Assembly (NCBI GenBank): GCA_964016885.1
Contig: OZ024740.1
Coordinates: 115,940,001-116,004,000, forward strand
Direction of reading: 5' to 3'
DNA length: 64,000 bases
Source of the DNA: Eledone cirrhosa
Taxonomy: Eukaryota
In this document: positions 13,581 through 26,159 of the stretch, one piece after another
How positions within the stretch are numbered: the stretch's first letter is position 1
Layout of the letters: every line of letters starts with the position of its first letter
Translations under genes and position numbers: made by a program
The notes under the pieces: generated by a model
Databases searched by the model: none
Seen by the model: only the letters and a program-made list of their open reading frames with translations
Told to the model about the DNA's origin: nothing

Positions 13581-13753
13581 CCAAATTCAGGTGTTCTTTT
13601 GGCCCTTTATTCATTTATTCTTTGTCACACATTAGACAGCGGCCATGCTAGAACACCTCCTTCCTTTAGTCTGTTATATCGACTCCAGTACTTAGTTTTT
13701 CTAGCCTAGTATTTATTTTTTTCGATTACTATCTTGTCGAACCACTTGGTTAT

Positions 13754-13860
<107 letters not shown>

Positions 13861-13861
13861 T

Positions 13862-14020
13862 TATACGACGGGCTTGTGCAGTTTCTATATACCAAATCTC
13901 ACATATCAGGTATCTTATACCAACTGGAGTCTGTAGTAAAAGACACTTGTCCAAGGTGTCTCACCGTGGGACTCGAATTTGGAACCAAATGGTTTCGAAG
14001 CAATAACTACACAGCTGTGG
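13862..14020 (-). mobile_element. tRNA-derived CORE-type SINE with (TG)n tail
   Basis: AAGACACTTGTCCAAGGTG..GGGACTCGAA, reverse complement of B-box plus CORE-like motif. Confidence 0.65.
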
Positions 14021-14269
14021 CTAATTATATTTTGAAGTTTATTTTCCGTCGCTGACCACCCAATCTGGTGAATTTAGTTTTATGCGAATAGTTCATCTTT
14101 ATGTTTTTAAAATTCAACTGTGAATTCTAATTAAAAAACTCCCCTGAAACTATTAGCAGGACATAAATATACGTCTATAAGGTAATGGTTTGATACATTC
14201 TCGATACAGCTGATAGAATAAGTCACATGAATTTATCCTAAATATCGTTTAAGCATAAAGATCGCTTTT

Positions 14270-14590
14270 CGGTCATGACTCACCATGGGTTTCTACCTAG
14301 AATGTTCCTCTCCACAGCACAAGCCTAGGCAAGGTGTTTTGTGGAAGACCAGCTGCTACCCCCATGCATTCCAGTCTTCCCTCTCCACGTCACCATTGTT
14401 GTCCAAGGGAAAGGCAATGTCCGATATAGCTTCGCGCCGCTGTCATCGATACTGTTATTTTTCCAGCTGGCCGAGTTGGAGCAAAATAGAATATTGTCTT
14501 GTTCAAGAATACAGCGTACCGCCACGTCTGGGAATCGAACTCACAATCTTACGATTACGAACCTGACACCATAACTCCTTAGCCACTCGC
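14270..14590 (-). mobile_element. tRNA-derived CORE-type SINE with long 3' part
   Basis: GGGAATCGAACTC (B-box rc), TCTTGTTCAAGAATAC; 3' part recurs at 42715-42830. Confidence 0.7.
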
Positions 14591-14994
14591 TCTCTTTCTC
14601 CTTCACTCCCACACACTCTCGCACGCCTCTGCTGTCTAACATATTTCCATTTCCATGGACTAAAGAACATATTTTATTAAAATAAGCTATCCTCCGCGTC
14701 GTTATCGTCGTCGCTATCGTAATCATCATCATCATTATCATCATCAGCATCATATTCCTCCTCCTCCTTTCATTTTCATCATCATCATCATCATCATCAT
14801 CATCTGACAAGTAGACTTCAAATACAAAATACCTCAATTTTCTAGTTATGCTTCAGTACCTTTATGTTATAAATATGAACATAATACTGTATTTTATAGA
14901 TTATAAAAATTTGGCCAGGGAGTGTCACTAGAGGGCGTTGCTAGTCTTGATTAATTTCCACAAGATATGAGAGTGTTGTTGTTGTTGTTGTTGT

Positions 14995-15290
14995 GGTTGG
15001 ATCTTAGTCGGTTTCGACGACGAGTGTTCCAGTTGTTTCATTATCCGAACAGCCTGCTCATGAAATTAACGCGTAAGTGGCTAAGCATTCCACAGACACG
15101 TGCATCCTTAACATTCTCAGAGAGAATCAGCACAACACTGTGTGTGACAAGACTGTCTCTTTAAAATTACAGGTACAACTCATTTTTGCCCGTTGAGTGA
15201 ACTGAAAGAAGGTAAGAATATAATGTCTTACTGAAGGTTTCATGACGCCTCAGAGAATACCACCGTGAACCTAACACCTAAACCACTAAG
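14995..15290 (-). mobile_element. SINE family B copy
   Basis: Reverse complement of the 30512-30810 body (GAAATTAACGCGTAAGTGGCT, AGGTACAACTCATTTTTGCC). Confidence 0.75.
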
Positions 15291-15376
15291 ATATATTTAA
15301 TAATCAGGTGAATCGATATTTGTAGCAGAGTCATATATATTATATGTCAGATGTATCATGGTTGCCTGATACTAGA

Positions 15377-15456
<80 letters not shown>

Positions 15457-16156
15457 ACACGCACACGCACAATGTCAACAATTGTCAACATTGATGGGAT
15501 TTAGTAATATAATTAATTTTCTCATTATGGTGTTTGGAACATATCTTACTTAAGGACAAGATGAAAGGTTTTTAGATAAATATAAACACATTAAAACAAA
15601 TAATTTTGTATCATAGAGCCAGGACCAATTTCAGGGTGGTTTAGTATAAAAAGAGTTGGTAATTTTATTTGATATATTTCAGCCACTGTTATTTTAGCCG
15701 GTATTGTTTTGACAAAAACGCCTCACTATTCAGTGACAGATTTTATGAATGGTATTTTAGCTCCACTTCATAAATATATACATATGTGCTTCAATAACAC
15801 TGGTATAGCTTTATTCCTTAATATTCGCTAAACTTAGCAGTTTTCACATTGTTCATTCTTTATTTATGTGTATAAAATAATAAGTAACATCATATTAAAT
15901 TCAAAGTTTAATATTTGATGTGTTCCAAACAGGAATTTCTTATGATGAGAAACATATTAAACAAAGAGGATCTGAGAGAGAGGGCTGAGAGAAATTGGAG
16001 AGTTAGAATAAGAGATAGAGTGAGGGAGAGAAATAGAGAAGAGTTTAGAATATGACAGAAATAGAACTGGAGAAAATGTTAATATGTTGAATAAATACAG
16101 ATTTTTGTTGCTCGCACGTTGTTGCTCGCACATTGAAGATATAACATACATAATCT

Positions 16157-16233
<77 letters not shown>

Positions 16234-16559
16234 ACATAAATGGCATTCTTTCAACAACTTGTTTCGAGGTGTATGTGTGTGGGATGAGGGCGTCAAATAA
16301 GGAGAAAGGGCAATACCCATGACCCTTTTCAGGGCTATTAAAACTAATGGGAGACGGTGAGTTAAAGAGGACGGTTTCGTCGGAAAGGACACATAGCCCT
16401 CATGCTTGCAACAGAGTGGACTTTGGGAAAAAGTACCGGTGTTAAACCAGACGCAGATTATATCTACCAGTCAAGCAGGCCACAGAACGACGTGAACTCA
16501 GAATGCAAAGAGCCTGAATGAATATTACCATGGACTGATACTTTAATTCATTGACATCG

Positions 16560-16844
16560 TTTCTACCACAACCACCACCACCGCCACCAAAACCAACGCC
16601 ACTATTACCACTACCACAGCTACTGCCGCCATCATCACTTCCACCACCACCAACATCAACAACAACATCACCACCACAACCACCACCACCACCACCACCG
16701 CAACCCCCACCAACACCACCCACTTCATCACCTCCGTCTTCACTACTATAAATACAATCATCATCATCATCAACGTTATTGTTCAATTGTCACCACAATC
16801 CTTATCAACAACAACAACATCATCATCCTCATCACCACCATCAC

Positions 16845-16891
<47 letters not shown>

Positions 16892-16900
16892 ACAACAACA
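16560..16900. repeat. (CCA)/(CAT)/(CAA) trinucleotide low-complexity tract
   Basis: Read directly. Confidence 0.9.
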
Positions 16901-17989
16901 TTAAAGCTATGTAGGAACTGGAGTAAATGAAACAGTTACATGATTATAATTGTTTCTATGGAGAGGATACTGTTGTTTTTGTTGTTGTTATTGTTGGTTC
17001 TTCTAGAAGCTTCTAATGTCGTATCCATTGGTATTATGGTCTTCGTTGCCAGTAGAATGATTCTTTTCCTTATTATAACTCCTCACTTCAGAAATAATTG
17101 TGGCGCCACACACCAATAATGTGTTGTGGAACTTCTTACTTGCTGCTGGGATAAGATCCCACTATGTCTGTGTTAGCTAATTTGTTTAATTTCTCAGTGG
17201 CATATCATCTGAATCACTCTAAAGTAGGACTAACTACATCCCAGCAGCAGCAGAACTAAGCGAAACTACAGAAACAAGACATTTTCTGCTAAAAATATTT
17301 ATTACCTGAAGGAGAAAAATATATGCATCGCCCTCCTTTATATTTTAAAATTAAATATGAATGTAGACACACAGAGAGAACTATAATTACCCAGTGGGAA
17401 ACAAAGTTATGTCTCTTAATCGACGCATTAACCACAATTGCTACTTAAACCCACGCGATTTAACTGCCGAAATAAACCAGTTTAATGTGCCAACACTTTA
17501 GATAACCTTTTGGAATTCAAGCGAAACTCTGAAACGTGTTCTTTTTTTCTACCAAATGTCGACAATTTGGGCGGATTTAACCTAATTCAACCGATCTAAC
17601 TAGATTTAACCTGGTTTAATATGATTTAACATGATTCTTTATCCCCTGATTCTAATGACCAGATCTATTCCGGTATGCATTGACTATACTGTTCAACAAT
17701 TTGGGTTAACTGATCATTTTAGAGTTATCTTTCTTGATTGTTGTTTTTAGATTTTAAATCTACGAATTTCTTGAATGATCTCAGTTAATCTGAGGTTTTC
17801 AACCCACTTTATTACATAGATGAGACCTACTGTATATAACTAAAACATATTTACGTAATAAGAAAGATTGCATTTCAAGAGGGATTGCCGAATAAGAGTG
17901 TCTCTATACTAACATTGTCTTTATAACTGCGTTGCCGGTATGATATCATTGCCTGTATAACAGTGGTCGCCTGATAACAGATTAGTGAA

Positions 17990-18230
17990 GGCGCGTGGCT
18001 TAGTGGTTAGAAGGTTCAGCTAATGATAAGGTTTTGATTTTCATTGCCGGTGGTATATTTTATTCTTAAGCAAGACACTTTATTTTGCGTTTCTCTAGTC
18101 CACTCAGCTGGCAAAAAAGAGTTGTACCTCTAATTCAAAGAGCCAACATTGTCAGAATCTGAGTCTCACCGAATCTCGCTAAAAGCTAGGTTAAGGGTTC
18201 ACATGTTTGTCGAATGCCTAGCCATTTACA
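17990..18230 (+). mobile_element. SINE family B copy
   Basis: GGCGCGTGGCTTAGTGGTTAG A-box; TTAAGCAAGACACTTTATTT; CACTCAGCTGGCAAAAA. Confidence 0.8.
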
Positions 18231-20111
18231 GGCTTTGCCTTTGTTCATATATGCCTGGTTACAATTCTATAGGGAGGAAAATATATGAAATATATCATTA
18301 AAATTACATCCATCACTTGCAATCGAGTAATGATTCGTAGAATGTACCATGCTTTCCCCATAGGTGCCTATACAGGCACGAGCAAACAGATACCCTCTCG
18401 CTCCTCTCCCCCTTAATCGAGTGGAGTACTCAGGATGTCACAGCTGGAAGGAAGGAAAACTGTACCAGCACTGCGATGATACTTTATTTATCAACTCAAA
18501 AGAATGAAAGGCACCACAGGGGAATTTGAACTCAGAACACAGTAATTCGGAATAAATATCCAACGCTCTAACGACCGCCATAAAACATAGAATATAAAGG
18601 GACATATTAGACATATATACAACTGAATGAGTGTTTAATATACCGGATTTGAGTATTAGCAACCTTACATTGTATTTGTCAGACTGGAGAATGACAAGAC
18701 CTAGCCCGAAAAAAAAAAAAAAAAAATACAGACATCATTATATTTAAAAATGTGATTAAACACCATTTCTGTCATGTTATACACTTGGAATTATTATTTG
18801 GCGTTTATATCATAAACCGAATTCTTTGGGAAATCTCCACATTTTAATTAATTAGAAGGTTCCACAGTCCAGTTCAAAATTGTTTAGTTTAAAGGAAATT
18901 GTTTGGGACAGCTCCAAATTATAAAATATTAGACCACAGTTAAAATTCTCTAATAAACGACTTATTGACGCCGTGAACGTTGTAAAAACAGAATTTCACA
19001 CTATTCAAGGCATTTGGTGAACCTTCACCAACTTAAGAGTTATGGTTGTAGGAAAATCCAAAAGACAGCGGGTCCCTTGAGAGCCATTATCTCTGAGATT
19101 AACATTACGATAGCGCTGAGTGCCGAAAGAAATTGTTGTCTAGTCAAAGAAAACAGACATGGCAATTACACGATCAATTCCAGCCAGGAATGTCGGGAAA
19201 TTCTCAAGAGTGTTTGCCCGCAGTAATGTCTGCACTGTTGATATTGGCAACATATATTTACTATTGATCCACCTTACACTACTGCCGGGATTTGGTTTAA
19301 TATTACCTCCTCCTACTTCCCTCTATCACTACCTCCTCCTACTGTCACCTATCACCCCATATTGTCACCCATCACCTCCTACTGTCACCTGTCATCACCT
19401 CTTACTGTCACCTATCACCACCCCTACTGTCAATTATCATTCCTCCTTCCCGAACAAAGAAAATTCACAGAATTTATTGGTATGTAATGTCACCAAGATA
19501 GTATTTTATTTCTCAAGTCGCTAAGTGGCCTCTAAGTCAAGACAGAAGAAATGGCCCTGGGATAGAGAAATATGATCCAATGGTTACAATTTATTACATT
19601 ATTCACATGGATAACTGAATAAAACATTCATATGCACATGTTTTAATCAAATGCATCACTGATGTGCATCTTTTAATGCAATATTTGTGCAATGTTTTAT
19701 TTTTCTCCTAAAGCTGTTGTATGCACACAAAAAGAAAACTGTATGTACAAAAATATATATAAGTTTTGTTCAAACTTCTTTTTATTTTGTTGTGTTAGAG
19801 ACAGAGAAAACTGTTTCATTGAATTAACTTTTGTTCAGTTCAGATACAAAGCAGACGGTACAAACACATCTCTCTTCCGAGTGTGTGGTGGTAAGGGAAA
19901 TGCTCAGACACCGGAATTTGAGTTTAGAATTCAACGAACCGGAACAAATACCACAATACAACTCGCCCGATATTATAACACTTACAGTAATCTACTACTT
20001 TGGATTAGTACTTTGTATATCGAACTCGAATAAATGGAAGGTAAGGGTGATCTCAGCGGTATTTTAACATACAGTACAATACAGAGAGTTATAATATTTT
20101 GTCCTATACAA

Positions 20112-20265
20112 TAATTGTTTCTACTTTAGGCACAAGGCCAGCAATTACCCAGTGCATTACTGGTACTTTATTTTATCGACCCCGTAAGGATGAAAGGCAA
20201 AGTCAACCTCGGCGGGATTTGAACTCAGATCGTAAAGGGACGTAACTATGCTGGGGCGTCCGACC
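20112..20265 (-). mobile_element. SINE family A copy (young subfamily)
   Basis: Near-identical to the copies at 1098, 50645, 58720 and 61134. Confidence 0.85.
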
Positions 20266-20339
20266 CTAATGATTATTATAACTCTCTGTATTGTACTCTG
20301 ACAATTTATAACTGTTTCATCATTAAAATAGTGTCTAAC

Positions 20340-20640
20340 TGTGAACGCAGCGAGCTTGACCCCATTGCATGGCATCTTGAGCAAGTGTGATTGACCATAA
20401 CCTCAGGTTAACCGATGCCTTGTGAGTGAAATTGGATAGACAGAAGTCCATCGGTTGGACAATACCTGTAATTCAAAGTGGCAAAGTTGGCACATACTGT
20501 GTAACGTTGAATCTCCCTGATTATCACAAGGATACACTTGTCTGCGGAATACTCAGCCACTTGACACATTAATTTTACGAGCAGGCTTTTCCGTTGATCG
20601 AACAACAGAAACATTCATCGTCGAAACCAACGGAGGTCCG
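20340..20640 (+). mobile_element. SINE family B-related copy
   Basis: GGCATCTTGAGCAAGTG; GAATACTCAGCCACTT..TTAATTTTACGAGCA shared with 30512-30810. Confidence 0.65.
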
Positions 20641-21131
20641 ACAATAATCGTCAAAATCCCGAAGGACTTTTGTATCTGCTGCTTCAATGAAACTATTATC
20701 CATTTACCTAGAGTCAGGAGATTGTTTCCTGTCGTAGAGAATAAATTCAACGTAAACAGGATTCACTTGAGAACTTTGTTATTTTGATTCTTGAAATATT
20801 AAATAAAAAATACATGCCATAACATGAATTTGTTCTAAAAATTAGATGTATAGGCAGGCACAGACAAGATAAAAGTAATTTAATACAATACCGTATATTA
20901 TTATGGGGATTATACAGACATAGGTTCATACATGCGCATATGAAAGTATATAAATGAATTACGAGTAGTTGTTAGATTATCACTGTATAAATGCACACAC
21001 ATATACAAAAAATACAAAAACACATACATAAATACCCTGATATATGCATACATAAATTCACAGATACATTCATAAATACACATACATAAATATACAAACA
21101 TACATACACACACACACGCACACACAGACAA

Positions 21132-21252
<121 letters not shown>

Positions 21253-21987
21253 TGTATGTATTTATAAGTAGAAAACTTTTCTTTCACTCATGTATTGATG
21301 AAACCCGACTATCCTCCAGTATGATCATTTTTATATTTTTATGAAGTATTTTTCGTATTTCCTTATTAGTGTTTTATGTTTAGTTTGGAACAACATTGTT
21401 CCTAATCCCATGTGTTATTAACGTTTCGAAGCCTTCACGACTCTATCTCCAGAATCAGAATGGTCAAACTAGTGACGTTCTTTGCAATGAGTGTAAAGTA
21501 TTATGAGTGTAGTTGGAGATCGTGGATGCCTGATTTTTAATTTCTCAACAACTGAAGCATGGCAATTTTATACCATTTATATATGATGGTTGCTCCTTCG
21601 TTATCGAGTATAGCCATTGCACGATATAAATATTAATAATTATCAATTAATGCTATCATGCAATGCCTGTGCGTGAAGATTTTTTTAAAGTGAAGAAAGA
21701 CTGTGCACAGAGCCAGTCCCACTCTCTGAGCGACAGTAGCTATAACCCGAAAAGAAGAAAAGATCAACATCATCGGTAACTACTGAGTCGCAGATTTTAT
21801 GTCAGAGTTAGACCAATTTCCTGAGTTACTTTCTCTTAGAAGAATACCCTGACAAAGGTCAGGGTTCCTTTACTCCCAGTGGTTTAACCGCGCGATCGTG
21901 TATCCAGCCGGATTATTTCTATATACATACATACATACAAAGATACAAAGATACATACATACATACATACATACATACATTCATACA

Positions 21988-22595
21988 TGGTGGCTGCCAA
22001 CTCGTTTTCGAGTACGGCCACTACTTTATATCCATGTAGGAGAACCCCTACCGATGCACTGAACGAGTGTGACTTTTTAGTCCAGCCAGCGACTTGAAAA
22101 CTCTGGTACAAACACTACACTTGTGACAATTATTGACAGATAGTACTGGACCCATGGAACCATGTGACGACAAGTGCAGAGAGATCTCCAAATATAAAGC
22201 AATGCCTGTGCCGTGAAGCTTTTATAGTGAGCAAAGGAACTGCACAAGGCCAGTCCCACTCTCTTAACCAAGATGATATTTACCAAAAAGAAGAACAAGT
22301 CAACATCATTGGATACCATCAGGGTTGCAGGTGTTATATCAGAGTTTTCCTTCTCCTAGAATTCTGCCTTGACAAAGGCTAAGGGGTCACCTCTCCCGGT
22401 GATTTTGGATGGCCATTGACTCTTAAGAGCTCCTTTGCCCTTTGACAGGTTTTGTTTTTAGTCCTGCGGGATGTCCAAAGTCACGCTCCTCACCAAGAAA
22501 CCTTGGTGGAGCTGCCAGTTTAGTCGCCAACGACCCGACCATGAGACAGGTTGTACTGGGATACATATTACCAGTAGCACCAGCTGGTGACCTGA
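21988..22595 (-). mobile_element. bipartite non-autonomous RTE(BovB-like)-derived element, longest copy
   Basis: Minus strand has the RTE 5'UTR motif CTAGGAGAAGGAAAACTCTGA, then a C2H2 remnant ([18 protein letters not shown]), hairpin CTCG-AAAA-CGAG and an (ATGT)n tail; older relative at 21660-21885. Confidence 0.7.
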
Positions 22596-22679
22596 CATAT
22601 ACATACATATAAACATACATATATACATACATATATATATACATAAATATATACATACATATATACATACATATATACA

Positions 22680-22713
<34 letters not shown>

Positions 22714-22814
22714 CATACATACATATATACATACATATATATATACATACATATATACATACATATACATATACATACATATATACATACATATATATAT
22801 ATATACATACATAT

Positions 22815-22845
<31 letters not shown>

Positions 22846-23014
22846 CACATACAAAAATATATATATATACATACATATATACATACATACATATATACAT
22901 ATATACACATATACATACATATATACATACACACATATATACATACATATATATATATATACATACATACATACATATACATACATATATATATACATAC
23001 ATATATATATATAT

Positions 23015-23045
<31 letters not shown>

Positions 23046-23073
23046 CATACATATATATATATTACATACACAT

Positions 23074-23114
<41 letters not shown>

Positions 23115-23148
23115 CATATATATATACACATACATATATATATAGACG

Positions 23149-23231
<83 letters not shown>

Positions 23232-23269
23232 ATATATATACACATACATATATATATATATATATACAT

Positions 23270-23312
<43 letters not shown>

Positions 23313-23339
23313 TATACACATACATATATATATATATAT

Positions 23340-23382
<43 letters not shown>

Positions 23383-23417
23383 CATATATATATATATATA
23401 CACATACATATATATAT

Positions 23418-23476
<59 letters not shown>

Positions 23477-23523
23477 CATATATATACATATATATATACA
23501 TACATATACATATATATATATAT

Positions 23524-23565
<42 letters not shown>

Positions 23566-23633
23566 ATATATATATATATACACATACATATATATATATA
23601 TATACATATACATACATATATATACACATATAT

Positions 23634-23678
<45 letters not shown>

Positions 23679-23695
23679 TACATACATATACACAT

Positions 23696-23726
<31 letters not shown>

Positions 23727-23781
23727 CATACATACATATATATATATATACATACATACTTATATATATATACATACATAC

Positions 23782-23814
<33 letters not shown>

Positions 23815-23829
23815 CATACATATATATAT

Positions 23830-23872
<43 letters not shown>

Positions 23873-23966
23873 CATACATACATACATACATATACATATA
23901 TATATACATACATATAAATATATACACACATATATACATATATATATACATACACATATATATATA

Positions 23967-24026
<60 letters not shown>

Positions 24027-24054
24027 CATATATACATATATATATACATATATA

Positions 24055-24090
<36 letters not shown>

Positions 24091-24595
24091 TACATATATA
24101 TATATACATATATATACATATATATATATATACATATATATACACACACATATATATATATATATATACATATATATACATATATATACATATATACACA
24201 TATATATATATACATATATATACATATATATATATATATATACATATATACATATATACATATATATATACATACATATATATATATATATATATACATA
24301 TATATACATATATATATATATATACACATATATATATACATAGATATATATACATACATATATATATACACATATATACACATATATATATATATACATA
24401 TATATATATACATATATATATACATACATATATATATATATATATACATATATATACATATATATATACATATATATACATATATATATATATACACATA
24501 CATATATACATACATATATATACACATATATACATGTAAATATATATATATATACATATATATACATATATATATATATACACACATATACATAC

Positions 24596-24629
<34 letters not shown>

Positions 24630-24647
24630 TCATATATATATACATAC

Positions 24648-24680
<33 letters not shown>

Positions 24681-24697
24681 CATATATATATACATAC
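22596..24697. repeat. 2.1-kb degenerate (TA)n/(TACA)n array
   Basis: Read directly. Confidence 0.97.
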
Positions 24698-24977
24698 AAT
24701 TCGTTTGAATTTTCCCCATAACGGCATTCCTAAGTTTTAACGACACTACAACTTTCTCCGGCTTAGCCTGTTCCCCCCCCCCCCCCCCTTTTGGAACTTC
24801 CCCCCGTTGATGGGCGTAAGCCAGAAATATTGGGATTAAATCTCCTCTACGATAACCCTTCTACCTTTGTTTTGTTTTCATTTTCATTTTCACTTTTCTC
24901 CTATTTCTCACTCACTTCTTACCTCGAGATTTCCCATCTGCATTGTTGTGGCTTTCTAAACTACATATTTTACATAC

Positions 24978-25036
<59 letters not shown>

Positions 25037-25113
25037 TACATATATATACATATACATACATATATATATATACAAATATACATACACATACATATACATA
25101 TATATATATATAT

Positions 25114-25324
<211 letters not shown>

Positions 25325-25399
25325 CATATATATATACATATATATATATATACATATATATATACATACATATATATATATATACATACATACATATAT

Positions 25400-25850
25400 G
25401 GTGGCTGCCAACTCGTTTTCGAGTACGGCCACTACTTTATATCCATGTAGGAGAACCCCTACCGATGCGCTGAACGAGTGTGACTTTTCAGTCCGGCCAG
25501 CGACTTGAAAACTTTGGTACAAACACTACACTTGTGACAATTATTGACACATAGTGCTGGGCCCATGGTACCATGTGACGAAAAGTGCAGAGAGATCTCC
25601 AGATATAAAGCAATGCCTGTGCCGTGAAGCTTTTATAGTGAGCAAAGGCACTGCACAAAGCCATTCCCACTCTCTTAACCAAGATGATATTTACCAAAAA
25701 GAAGAACAAGTCAACATCATTGGATATCATCAGGGTTGCAGGAGTTATATCAGAGTTTTCCTTCTCCTAGAATTCTGCCTTGACAAAGGCTAAGGGGTCA
25801 TCTCTCCCGGTGATTTTGGATGGCCATTGACTCTTAAGAGTTCCTTTGCC
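25400..25850 (-). mobile_element. bipartite RTE-derived element, 5'-truncated copy 2
   Basis: Highly similar to 21988-22440. Confidence 0.8.
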
Positions 25851-25912
25851 CATACATACATACATACATACATACATACATACATACATACATACATACA
25901 TACATACAGACA

Positions 25913-26125
25913 TGGTGGCTTCCAACTCGTTTTCGAGTACGGCCACTACTTTATATCCATGTAGGAGAACCCCTACCGATGCGCTGAACAAGTGTGACTT
26001 TTTAGTCCAGCCAGCGACTTGAAAACTCTGGTACAAACACTACACCTGTGACAATTATTGACACATAGTGCTGGGCCCATGGTACCATGTGATGACAAGT
26101 GCAGAGAGATCTCCAGATATAAAGC
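25913..26125 (-). mobile_element. bipartite RTE-derived element, short 3' copy 3
   Basis: Same 3' end; ORF 25973-26155 shows [17 protein letters not shown]. Confidence 0.8.
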
Positions 26126-26159
26126 ATACATACATACAGACATACAAAGATACATACAT

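Noticed and set aside
16442-16786. Gly-rich and Pro-rich ORFs
   Set aside because: (CCA)n low-complexity tract.
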